Shown: positions 29,544 to 41,400 of the stretch, piece after piece
Layout of the letters: the number at the start of each line of letters is the position of its first letter
Numbering within the stretch: the first letter of the stretch is position 1
Source: Octopus bimaculoides
Taxonomy: Eukaryota
Direction of reading: 5' to 3'
Assembly (NCBI RefSeq): GCF_001194135.2
Contig: NC_068984.1
Coordinates: 119,608,459 to 119,672,458, forward strand
Length of the DNA stretch: 64,000 bases
Translations under genes and position numbers: made by a program
Notes under the pieces: generated by a model
The model's database searches: none
Seen by the model: the letters and a program-made list of their open reading frames with translations, nothing else
What the model was told of the DNA's origin: nothing

Positions 29544-30542
29544 ATATATGAATATGTATATATGGATATATATGCACACATGTATGAATATATTTTTCTT
29601 CACCAAGAATGTTGTTGACAGTGACTTTGAAGTTTCAGCCAGCTAAGTCATCACTGGACAGTCTGACAATAGCTCAGCCAGCCAAAACTTCAAAGTCACT
29701 GTCAACAACATGCTTTGTTTACAAATAATATATTTGTATTCCACAAAAGTATAGAGTAACCCATCATGGCATTATATCACTCCTTAGTGAAATATGAGTT
29801 TTATGAATGCATGAGAGGCAGTTGAATTCTGTAAGGATAGAAGTGCGTTTGTGCACATGTATGAGTGTTTGTATATTTATATTCATCCTATTGCTTGTGC
29901 TGCCGGAAACGCCTATTGACTGTAGATTTGCGTGTGTATGTGTGTGTGTGTGTGTATTCCATTTAGTTTCCCATACTTGCATATGTGGGAGTTTTTATTT
30001 GTTGGTGCAGATTGTTTTTACAGCTGGATGCCACTTCTGGGACTGGATCATGAGGGTTTTATATCGTTTCTTGTTTCTCAGGCTAACTAGAGCATGTAAT
30101 TCTGAAGTGCCATGTACATAACCATTTACATTTATTGGCATATTTAAAGCCTGGAGAATTAAAAATCTTAGTTATAAATATTTTAACTTACCTAGTGTAA
30201 GTGTAATATTTTTGAAATAGTTTTCTAAAAATTCTATATTCTCATGCAGTAAACAGTATAATCTAGCTGTTGCTTAGTCCCAGATTACCAATAATCATGC
30301 TATCTTTTTTGTCAGTCATAGTGTATCTTTGACTGCAGTATCTAATGGATATCTCTCCTTCCTTTTACTATAGAGAAGTATAACTTAACAGCTTTGTTAT
30401 TTTTCTGTTGAAATACACTATCTTTGTTTGAGTTAATTTTGAAAATAATGAAGAATTTAGAGAAGCAATTTTGTCATTAAGCTGGTCTATAGTATGTAAA
30501 CTAATATGAAATTTTGATATGTAACTAATATGAAATTTTGAG

Positions 30543-31875
30543 CCTAGCTAAAACCAAAGTCCTAATAAGTAGGAAGGTAGGAAAAACACAAACCCCTTCA
30601 TGTAGATGGCCCTGCTCGATCTGTAGAAAAGGCGCAGGTAGAAACTCTATAAGATGCACCCAGTGTAAGCTATGGACACATAAGAGGTGCAGCAATATCA
30701 AAGGAAGGTTAACTAGGAAGTTAGTTTTTGTATGCAGCAGATGTTCAGGAGCAATAAACACTGTAAATGTGCAGAAAACAACTTCTGCCACATTCCAGGG
30801 AGAAAAACTAGACGTAGTTGAAGGCAGACTGTATGACGCATGTGTACGAACAGCCATGCTTCATGGCAGTGAAACATGGGCTGTGACTGCTGAAGACATG
30901 CGTAGGCTCGCAAGGANNNNNNNNNNNNNNNNNNNNNNNNNNNNNNNNNNNNNNNNNNNNNNNNNNNNNNNNNNNNNNNNNNNNNNNNNNNNNNNNNNNN
31001 NNNNNNNNNNNNNNNNNNNNNNNNNNNNNNNNNNNNNNNNNNNNNNNNNNNNNNNNNNNNNNNNNNNNNNNNNNNNNNNNNNNNNNNNNNNNNNNNNNNN
31101 NNNNNNNNNNNNNNNNNNNNNNNNNNNNNNNNNNNNNNNNNNNNNNNNNNNNNNNNNNNNNNNNNNNNNNNNNNNNNNNNNNNNNNNNNNNNNNNNNNNN
31201 NNNNNNNNNNNNNNNNNNNNNNNNNNNNNNNNNNNNNNNNNNNNNNNNNNNNNNNNNNNNNNNNNNNNNNNNNNNNNNNNNNNNNNNNNNNNNNNNNNNN
31301 NNNNNNNNNNNNNNNNNNNNNNNNNNNNNNNNNNNNNNNNNNNNNNNNNNNNNNNNNNNNNNNNNNNNNNNNNNNNNNNNNNNNNNNNNNNNNNNNNNNN
31401 NNNNNNNNNNNNNNNNNNNNNNNNNNNNNNNNNNNNNNNNNNNNNNNNNNNNNNNNNNNNNNNNNNNNNNNNNNNNNNNNNNNNNNNNNNNNNNNNNNNN
31501 NNNNNNNNNNNNNNNNNNNNNNNNNNNNNNNNNNNNNNNNNNNNNNNNNNNNNNNNNNNNNNTGGCATGTGTAAAGACATTCGAGCGAGATCGTTGCCAG
31601 TGCCGCCGAACTGGCTCCTGTGCAGGTGGCATGTAAAATACACCATTTTGAGTGTGGCCGTTGCCAGTACTGCCTGACTGGCCTTCGTGCCGGTGGCACG
31701 TAAAAGCACCCACTACACTTTCGGAGTGGTTGGCGTTACGAAGGGCATCCAGCTGTAGAAACTCTGCCAAATCAGATTGGAGCCTGGTGTAGCCATCTGG
31801 TTTCACCAGTCCTCAGTCAAATCGTCCAACCCATGCTAGCATGGAAAGCGGATGTTAAATGATGATGATGATGAT
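30543..31875 (+). mobile_element. RTE-clade LINE 3' portion spanning a gap, with a Cys-rich finger
   Basis: LAKTKVL...WPCSICRKGAGRNSIRCTQCKLWTHKRCSNIKGRL...FVCSRC...GRLYDACVRTAMLHGSETWAVTAEDMRRL, then the family 3' UTR and (GAT)n tail. Confidence 0.92.
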
Positions 31876-33298
31876 GGAAGGTTTGAAGTTAGATCACTTT
31901 AAAACAGGAAGTTTGTATCGGGGACCATGGACAGTCTTGGGTGGGTTGGTATCAAAAAGTTTAGAGCAGGTTTTCTTAAAGTGGGTTTTGTGAAAAAAAT
32001 CTAGATTTATTTTAAATAAGTAAATGCTTTTCACCATTCTCAAAATTTATTTTTAAAAAGCATTTTATCATAGGCACAGGCATTGCTATATAGTAAGAAA
32101 CTTATTTCCCAACCACATGGTCCCAGGTTCACTCCCACTGTGTGGAACCTTGGGCTATTGCCTCAGGTCAACCAAATCTTGTGAGTGGATTTTGTAGACA
32201 GAAACTGAAAGAAACTTATTGTGCATGTGTGTGTGTGTGCGTCCCCACTATCACTTGACAACTGGTGTTGGTGTGTTTACATCCCTGTAACTTAACAGTT
32301 TGGCAAAAAAAAAAAAAACCAATAGAATAAGTACTAGGTTTAAAAAAAAACAAAGTTCTGTTTTTGATTTGTTTGACTAAAAACCCTTCAAGGTGGTGCT
32401 CCAGCATGGTCTCTCCCTAAAACAATTTTTCTTTCATTCAACATTTTATTGAAATTAGTGTGTGTGTGTGTGGGGGGGTGTTGTCTGTAAACTATAAGTA
32501 TGGGTTCTGCAATCTTTAGAGCATTGTATATCAGGCTTTGTACCCAAATAAGTCTGAAAATTGCTGAGATAAAAAGGTATTTGGCTGTTTTTTCTAACAG
32601 ATTGAGTGACAAAGTAGGGGGTTTCTTTGATGAGTCATATGTCACTTCTTTGAAAAGTACAATGGCGACTGTGCTTTACAAGTTAGACTAGAATTGTACT
32701 GGAACACATTCATTACATACGCAGATGTGTCTTGTACTTGCTGAAAAAACATGAAGGCAATGTTTGTTGTTGTCTAAGACCCCCACCACCTCAAACACAC
32801 TTCAAAACATTTATTTCTAATTAGCTTTTTGAAGTTATGTGCTTTGTTTGGGAGCACAACACGGATTTCTGTAGTTGTAACACACACACATGTATGTAAT
32901 ATGTAATAAAACTTATACAATATCTTACTGTTATCATGGCACTTCCTGATCAGTCTACTTGTATTTTTATCTAAAATAGGTTTAGCTCATTGTTAGTTTC
33001 TTCCTTGTTGAAACAATGTATAAAATTGTTAGTTTTTTTTTAATAAATATTTTTAAAAAAATATTTTCATTTTAGAAAACACATGAGCTTACATGCTTAT
33101 GCTTTTACATAAGAAAATGTTAGTTCATGCTAAGTGAGGCGTTTTTTTCTTTCTTTTAATGCATATTTGTATGAATTGTTTCAACAAACATTCTACAACT
33201 ACATGTCTTTCTGGCATGAATTTGTAATGGTACATATTGATAGGTTAACTGACTGAACATTGTAAGTGGAATTGTGTAGACAAAAATTATGATATATA

Positions 33299-33548
33299 AG
33301 GCAGCAAGCTGGCTGAAACGTTAGTATGCCAGGCGAAATGATTAGCAGTATTTCGTCTGCTGCTACGTTCTGAGTTCAAATTCCGCCGAGGTTGACTTTG
33401 CCTTTTATCCTTTCGGGGTCGATTAAATAAGTATCAGTTATGCACTGGGGGTCAATATAATCGACTTAATCCGTTTGTCTGTACTTGTTTGTCTGTCCTT
33501 GTTTGTCCCCTCTGTGTGTAGCCCCCTGTGGGCAGTAAAGAAATAAGA
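33299..33548 (+). mobile_element. tRNA-derived SINE, second family
   Basis: ggcagcaagctggctgaaacgttag...gagttcaaattccgccgagg with A/B-box-like head. Related copies at ~11208, ~40520, ~12200-12365 (-), ~37660-37835 (-). Confidence 0.85.
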
Positions 33549-33570
33549 AATTATGATATATATATATATA

Positions 33571-33897
33571 CTAGCAGTATAACCCGACGTTGTCCGGGTG
33601 TGACTTATTACGCCATCTACGATAAGTCTTGCTAGGTGAAAATCAACTGAAAAAGAAAGACTTACAACGAAAAAACACTTATGATGTAAATATGTTCGTA
33701 ATTCAAAAGACGATGAAATTAAAAGGGCAAGTTTAAAGGCTGTTTTGCGTAACATTATTAATCGTACGTAAATTTCATCCGTCTAATTGGCTATACAAAT
33801 GATATGTGCAAAACAACTTTTTGCACTGCCCTGATTATACATAGCAGGGTAATCCCTTTTCGCAGGAGCTAGGACGGCAATTTCTGATGAAGCAATT
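33571..33897 (-). mobile_element. Helitron 3' end (hairpin plus CTAG) and adjacent internal sequence
   Basis: Minus strand ends cacccggacaacgtcgggttatactgCTAG followed by T, a GC hairpin about 10 nt before CTAG. The adjacent IASSEIAVL is weakly like the helicase ASSGIAA.LL motif. 5' end not located. Confidence 0.65.
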
Positions 33898-34250
33898 NNN
33901 NNNNNNNNNNNNNNNNNNNNNNNNNNNNNNNNNNNNNNNNNNNNNNNNNNNNNNNNNNNNNNNNNNNNNNNNNNNNNNNNNNNNNNNNNNNNNNNNNNNN
34001 NNNNNNNNNNNNNNNNNNNNNNNNNNNNNNNNNNNNNNNNNNNNNNNNNNNNNNNNNNNNNNNNNNNNNNNNNNNNNNNNNNNNNNNNNNNNNNNNNNNN
34101 NNNNNNNNNNNNGCAGTCTGTTGCTGTCTTTTTAAACCGGTTGCTTTCTTTCCCCAGCAAGCTCTCTACTTTGGAGGCATAATCTATGTATATATTAAAC
34201 AGAACAACAAAAGTTATAATAGATGGCAGGGTCGGTAGTTTTCACATTTC

Positions 34251-35039
34251 GGTAATTTTGTGGATTAACATCCGCACGATTACTTAACCCTAACACTAAC
34301 CCTAAACCCTGACCCTAAAACTGTAACCGTAACACTAACCCTAACCCGGTAATCTTCAAGTTTAGGGAGTTAAAAAAAGAAAACAAAAAATATTCAAGGG
34401 AAATAACTGAATGACTTACCAGTATTGTCCGTACTACTCTGAAATGTGTTTTCTTTTAGCTGTTTATAAATAAATCACACATGTGTTTTTTTGTTGTTGT
34501 TTTTTACACACGGGGGTTGGTGGCTGTTCTAAAACAGCATGTGACAGAAGGAGAGAACTTTGTCGATGGAAATGATAATGAAATTCAACAGATATTAGAT
34601 ATTTATTCAAGGGTCAGCATGCAGTTCTAGAAATGAACCTACTCAACATTATAAACGTCAGAAATGGCAGCCAAAAAATAAACGAATGTTTTTTTCTTTT
34701 GGGGTTGAATTCCGCCATAGAAATTCATGTAGATAAGATGAAAATAAGGTAATCTTCAAGTTTAGGGAGGTAAAAAAAAAGTAAATAAAAATATTCCGGT
34801 CTTCCACAAGGCATTTTCGATCTCTCAGTTAACTTCAATCAAATCACGTGTGTGATTTATTTATAAACAGAGTAGTACGGATAATACTGGTAAGACAGTA
34901 TGACGTTCAGTTACTTCACTTGATTTTTATTTACTTTTTTTTATCCCTAAACTTGAAGACTACCCCCTAACTGTAACCCTAAAACCGTAACCCTAACACC
35001 CTAATGAAAATCGTGCAGGTGTTAATCTGAAAAATTACC
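34251..35039. mobile_element. GGTAA-ended MITE composite with TAACCC-like tract, Merlin-like
   Basis: Outer TIRs 34251-34281 and 35009-35039, flanked by cacattt(c/g). Inner long inverted repeats 34348-34485 and 34845-34964. The superfamily call is inferred from the GG termini and ~8-bp TSD. Confidence 0.75.
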
Positions 35040-35937
35040 CACATTTGTAATGAAGTTCAGTGATTTTGCAATGTGTTGTCCTGTCGGTCAAACTAAAGCG
35101 TGAATGTTCTGAGATGCCTTACGGGAGTCAAGAAACAAAAGGAAAATAGTGTATTAGATGCTTTTAAAAAGAAAAAAGGATTTTATCCCTTATATGTATA
35201 CTGTTCAGTATCTATGCATTGAATAAAATCTATCTTTCTACTTGTACTACCATACATTTCAGCGCTTCGAAAAACAAACTTGTTTGTTTACATACAGCGT
35301 AACTAAAAGCAAAGTTTAATCTATGACTTTGTATGCATTAGAGAAAGTAGGAGTTATCGTTCGTAAACGTTCACAAGAGAAAGTAGGAGTTGAAAGGATT
35401 TGTAAAGGTCGTAGAAAGAGGAAATTTAGGTTTTATTAGAGGGAGGAAATGTTATTTTGCGCAGTTTAATGGATTTTATTGGTAATTGTGATTGATTTTG
35501 ACAGAAAAAATGATGCAGTTACCTAGGTTATGGTATTTAGAATATTAATTCCGATTGTTTCATTCAAGAAATTTGGAATTGTGTAAATGTATGAATTGGA
35601 TACACATACACACACACTCACAAACTCAGCTATATATATATAGATATATCATCATCATGTTAATGTCCAGATTTCCATGCTTGCATGGGTTGTATGGAAT
35701 TTGTTGCGGTGGATTTTCTATGACCAGATGTCTGTTCTGTCATCAATCCTCCCCTGCTTCCAAGTAAGGTAATATTTCCCCATGGTCAGTCATGTTTTTG
35801 GAGAATACTGGAAATGAAGGGCACCTTGCATTGTTAGGACATTTGTTTTGATATCAAAATACAGAGAAAGTAATATGTGCATGCATGCACACATACACAC
35901 ACACACACGCACCTAGGTATGTGTGCGTGCGTTTATA

Positions 35938-37118
35938 TCTACTATATAAACGAGAATGTATGTATGTATCTACTAAGAGAAATAACTTGACTTTTAGACT
36001 GCTAAATCTACCCCTCTGTATCTGTCCTATCTCTCTGTCTTTTATGCTTTCCTTCTCTATATGTATATGTTTACAACACTCTCATTTATTTTTCTTATAT
36101 ATGTGTATATCTCTCATGCATGCTGCTCTCTCTCTTTATATGACATGTAATTGCTTTCTTTTTATTCAGAACTTTCTGTTGTAATGTTCTTACTTTTATT
36201 TTGCGATTGACAGCTACCACACAGAAATGCTAGTTTCCAAATTTTGTTTTTTGATCGAGTAAAAATGATCAAACTTTAAACTTTAACATTAAAAAAAAAA
36301 ATTTTCTGAAATAAATGGATCACAAAATTGGATTTAGTGCGAAAAATAACATCAACATAACCAAATTTGAAAATTTTCACTTAATTTTGAACAGTAACAG
36401 AAAAGATCCCTTCTCTTAGTATGTCTGTCTCTGTCTTTTACACTCTTCTCATTTTAAACTTTTCCCTTCTCTCTATATATATATTTACCATTCTCTCCTC
36501 TTTCTCTGTATATGTATATCGTTCATGGTGAGCATATGTGTAAAAAGTTTCATTAGGGTGACAGGTGAAAGGCCTTCACAAAGCATCAGTGGTAAGCTTA
36601 GGAGACACCCGAACAGAGAAGGAATAGACTTGATGATGTGTGAACATCAGCCCCTGTTGCACCTTCTCAGGAGAGACCTAAGCACAGGACGCATCAATTA
36701 GATGATAAGCACACAAGAGCTTCCACCGCACTGACTCAGAAGCCATCCTGTTTCAATTCAAATGTCTACATTTTCCAGTGAGTCTTAGTTTTGCAATGAC
36801 CATCAACAAATCACAAGGAAAAACATTTTCAGTTGCCTATTTACCCCGTGAAGAGCCCTCCTTCAGCCATGGTTACCTTTACGTTAGATGTTCAAGAGTA
36901 GGAAGTAAAAAAGAGAATATTTACATCTATCCACCAAATGGAAAAGCCAAAATATTCATTTATCAAGTCATTATAAATTGCCCCAAATAATGCACAATCC
37001 ATCCTAGCCAAAAAGCCTATCTGTCGGGGAAGACATGGTCTGACATGGAATATAGAATAATTGAAATAAAGGCATTCTATTGTGAAAATGACCTGGAAAT
37101 GATGGGCTACTCAGCTAG
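35938..37118 (+). mobile_element. Non-autonomous Helitron retaining the helicase C-terminus
   Basis: Starts with TCTACTATATAAA after an A and ends with CTAG before a T. Contains FQFKCLHFPVSLSFAMTINKSQGKTFS...FSHGYLYVRCSRVG (~36745-36990). Confidence 0.8.
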
Positions 37119-37296
37119 TATATAATACACGTACACATGCACACGCACACATGTGTGTGTAATAAGTATGGCAGACTGCTTTCAGTTTTTGTCCACCAAA
37201 TCCACTCACAAGGCTTTGGCTGGCCTGAAACTGTCATAGAAGACACTTGTCCCAGGTGCCAAGTAGTGACTGGACCCAGAACAATGTGGTTGGGAA

Positions 37297-37364
<68 letters not shown>

Positions 37365-38387
37365 ATATCTATCTACTGCCATTCTATTGGCAACAGCTCA
37401 CACCATCTGGTGTTTTCTGTCCATTGATGTATTTGTTCTACATTCAGTTACAGACATTCTTGCTGTGTGAAATGCAGTAATTGAAGCGTTGGATTTTGTA
37501 GCCCACACAGTTGCTGTTGCTCACAAGTTGTGATACAAGACAGACATAAATAAGACTAGTTGTAAAGTCTGAATTACTGTTGGCTCTGCAGTCTTAAGTA
37601 GTATCCACTGCATATAGCCTCCTCCCCTCTGTTATTACTAATATCCTTTATACTATAGGGACAAGACCTAAACTTTGGGAAGAGGATGATAGTTAATTAC
37701 ATCAACCCTATTGCTGAAATGATGAAAGGCAAAGTCAACCTCTGCAGAATTTGAACTCAGAATGTAAAAAATAAAGAAATACCACTAAGCATTTTATCCA
37801 GCATGCTAATGATTCTGTCAGCTCACTGCCTTCACCCTTTTCTTACTAATATCAGCAGCCAAATCCAGCCCCATGTTTCAGCTACTTTCCATCTGCCTCT
37901 AGCCTGTTTTATTTCAGATGTTAGGTCTACTTTTCAAATCTTTCTTTTATATCTGACTTTGTATTCATTTGGCTTCCTATCTCCTTATTAGCTGATTGTA
38001 TTTTGCAATCGTTTTCTTAATGTCCTTTTTTATGATTTATATTAATACAGTTGTTTCTTTCGTACATCAACCACTCAAGATCACATTGCACATTCAATCT
38101 TTGCATGAATTAATTTCTCCTTTCATTTTGTCTTTATTTACTTCAACCCTTTAGCATTCAGATTACTCTGTCAAATGTAATGATTGTTTATTTAATGCTT
38201 ATTTATTCACATTTTTTTGTATTTATTATACATTATCATGCAGCTTCAAGATTTCCATGATATGATATTTATTTTTAGAATTGACATGGTAGGGAAAGTG
38301 TGAGGATCTGGATCCGGCTGGTTTGAACAAAAACAAGTAGAATATCTGAGCTGGATATGACTGGTTTAAATGCTAAAGGGCTACCAT

Positions 38388-38486
<99 letters not shown>

Positions 38487-41400
38487 ACACACACACACTC
38501 ATTCTACTTTTTACATATTGTTTTAATCCTTGTACATATGGACCCCACTTATAGAAGCATGTTATTACTGGTTCCACGCCTAATACTAACTAGATCTTTC
38601 ATTTAGCAAGCCTTGTCCAGCAAACCATCAAATTAGTCCATGAGTATTAGCTGTTCACAGTGTTATTCAAACCACTTTATTGCAGCTCTTTTAATAACTT
38701 ACTTACACAGACTACTCTAGTCTTATTTACTGGGCTTAACCATTTACATCATGCCTTATGTTAGATATTTAGGTCTAAGAATAAAAATAAGAGGTCTTAA
38801 TGGATATCTATCAGAATATGTCTTCATTAATCCATTAGCATTCAGATTACTCTTTCAAATATAAGACTTATTTATTCACATAGTTTTGAATTGATCATGC
38901 ATTATCTTGTAGCTATGAGATTTTGATGAGGAAAGTGTTAATTTTCAGAATGATATTGTAAGGTTGGTGTGAGAGGCCAGATTTGCCCAGATATGACCAG
39001 TTTAAATGCTAAAGGGTTGAATTACTATTCTTACTTTTAATCATGTAATAGATAACTCAACATTTTAATGAAATCGTAGTCAAATATTTCACTTGGCAAT
39101 CTGTATTTGATCTTGCTGCATGGTATGGTAAACATGTGTCTTCTAGCATAGCTTCAGGTTACCTCAAGCCTTGTTAGACAAATACAGTTGTTGGATATTT
39201 GGTAGAGTGGGAATTAGACCTGATCTATCACCTGGTGGAATACTTGCTTTTGTATGTCTTCAGTGGAGTCTCTGTTGTTTGGTCTAATGTCTCTAGTTTC
39301 TGAGAATGAAGACTATGGAGTTCATACACAAAATCTTTAATCCAGACCCCTCAATTTATGGTAACACCAACTTTTATCCCTTTATTTGAAATTAGACTAA
39401 GTCTGTACTTCACCAAACAGAACTTTTTTCTTTTTAGTATCTTACCATACAAAAGGCGACAGTTTTGCCTTAGTGTTTTGTTTTTTTTAAATATTCATTA
39501 AAGAAATTAGAAAACTCAGTAATAGGGTAAAAACTTGAAAAAAATTTAAGATATTAAACAAACAAACAAAAGCTCTGTTTTTATCAAAAGGATATAAAAG
39601 AAATAAATTATCAGAATTAAATAAAAAAAAATCCTGACTAGTTAAAAAATCTGAAGTATATGCTACTCAAAGAATTTGATTAAAAGTAAAAATATTGAAC
39701 AACTTCACAATGATATTAAAGCATTGTTTGAATAACAAATCCAAGTGAATGGAACAGGGAAGATTACATGAGAAGATTACATTACAATGGAACAAGGAAG
39801 ATTACATTAGAAGACTACATTACAATAGAACAAGGAAGATTACATATTTTGTAAGAGATTCAAAATTTTGTCCTTAAAACATTTATTATAAAGAAACTGC
39901 ATGTATAGAATGGAGTCTAAAATCAGAAATTCAAATTCAAAATTTATTAACATATTATTCTTAGAAACAATTGCTTCTGCTATGCCCTACTTCATAGAAG
40001 CCCTTAAACTTGATTTGATTATTCTCAAAGTAGGAAAACAGTCTTCCATTACTGACTTGGACAGATGGCATTACAGTCATTGTTTTAGTTCCATTATTTA
40101 ATAGCCTGTTGATATGGAGGAGTGACTTATTCTATTGTTGGTCAGTTTTGATGAATAATCATTCTTTTCTAATTTAGCCCATTAAAAAATAAAAGAGTTA
40201 CTGAAATATTTTTCTATTTGAAGAGATTCTGCTTGTTTTTTCCACTTTTAAATGACATTGCTTTACTTTTATTTGAATGCCCCATTCATTCCAAGTCTCA
40301 TTACCTGGTACTTTGGGGCAAGTGCCTTCTACTATAGCTCCAGCCTGATCAAGGTCTTGTCAGTAGATTTAGTAGATGTTTTTCATCCTTCTGGCATCAA
40401 TTTAAGTACCAGTCAAGTACTGTGATAGATGTAATCAACTCACTCCCTCCTCTAAAAGTTGCTGCCCTTGTGCCAAAATTAGAAAGAATTATTATTATGA
40501 TCATCATCATCATTAAGGCGATGAGATGGCAATCATTAGCACACCAGATGAAAAGCTTAGCAGCATTTTGTCCATCTTTACGTTGTGAGTTTAAATTCCG
40601 CCCAAGATCAACTTTGCCTTTCACCCTTTCAGGGTCGATAAAATAAGTACCAATTAAATACTGGGGTTGATGTAATCAACTAGTCCCCTTCTCCCAAATT
40701 TCAGGCCTTGTGCTTTTACAGTTCTATATTTAAGAGATGAGGAATTGTTGACATTATTTACATTTGACGGATATTTGTCCTCATCTTGTTTGTTGTTAAC
40801 ACAACGTTTCATGAGGTGTCTTGGGGGAAATTTCGAACCTGAGTTCTCATTCTTAAGGTATTTTTCGATCTTGTGCCTTTAGTAGAAAGGGTTATTATTA
40901 TTATTACTATCAGAGATACCCGGCCTTGCTCCGGATTAAAATGGCATAGATTTTTATTGTTTTACTTGTTTCAGTCATGTGACTGCAGCCATTAAGATTT
41001 TGTCATATTTACTTATTGAAAACATTATGGTACACCCTCTAGAGGTGGAGATAATGTTAATAAATCAAGAATGTTTATTGTATGGTATTTAACATATCTG
41101 TATTTGTCTTTGTTGTTCAAATACATGCCATTGGCCATTTAGAGTTATTTTTATCACCTCAAATTTTATTTACATTATGCAAATTTCCTCAGCCATAATT
41201 GATTTCTACTCTGTTTTGCATTTGACTAAATCCTTTAGCTACTGGAGATAAGGTTGGACAATTGTACTGATGAAAGCTATTGAACAAGAAACACATGTCC
41301 TCAGCTGTCCTCTTATTTCCAAATAATAAGCGTGTCCTTTTCCTCAACCCTTCAATATTCAAACTGGCCATATAGGCCCAAATATTCTACCTGTATTTTG

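Noticed and set aside
29807-29840. ERQLNS followed by gtaagg as the missing HSF RQLNM exon
   Set aside because: An in-frame stop lies immediately upstream, there is no FKH.N motif, and the donor would be phase 0 whereas the exon at 45304 needs phase 1.
32601-32691. Candidate extra exon after tttttctaacag (LSDKVGGFFDESYVTSLKSTM..), and a similar acceptor at 27800
   Set aside because: No HSF or other recognisable homology, weak or absent donors and nearby stops; cannot be supported without RNA data.
34285-34347. True interstitial telomere or chromosome fusion site
   Set aside because: The TAACCC units are short, degenerate and enclosed by TIRs with a probable TSD, so they are better explained as part of a MITE.
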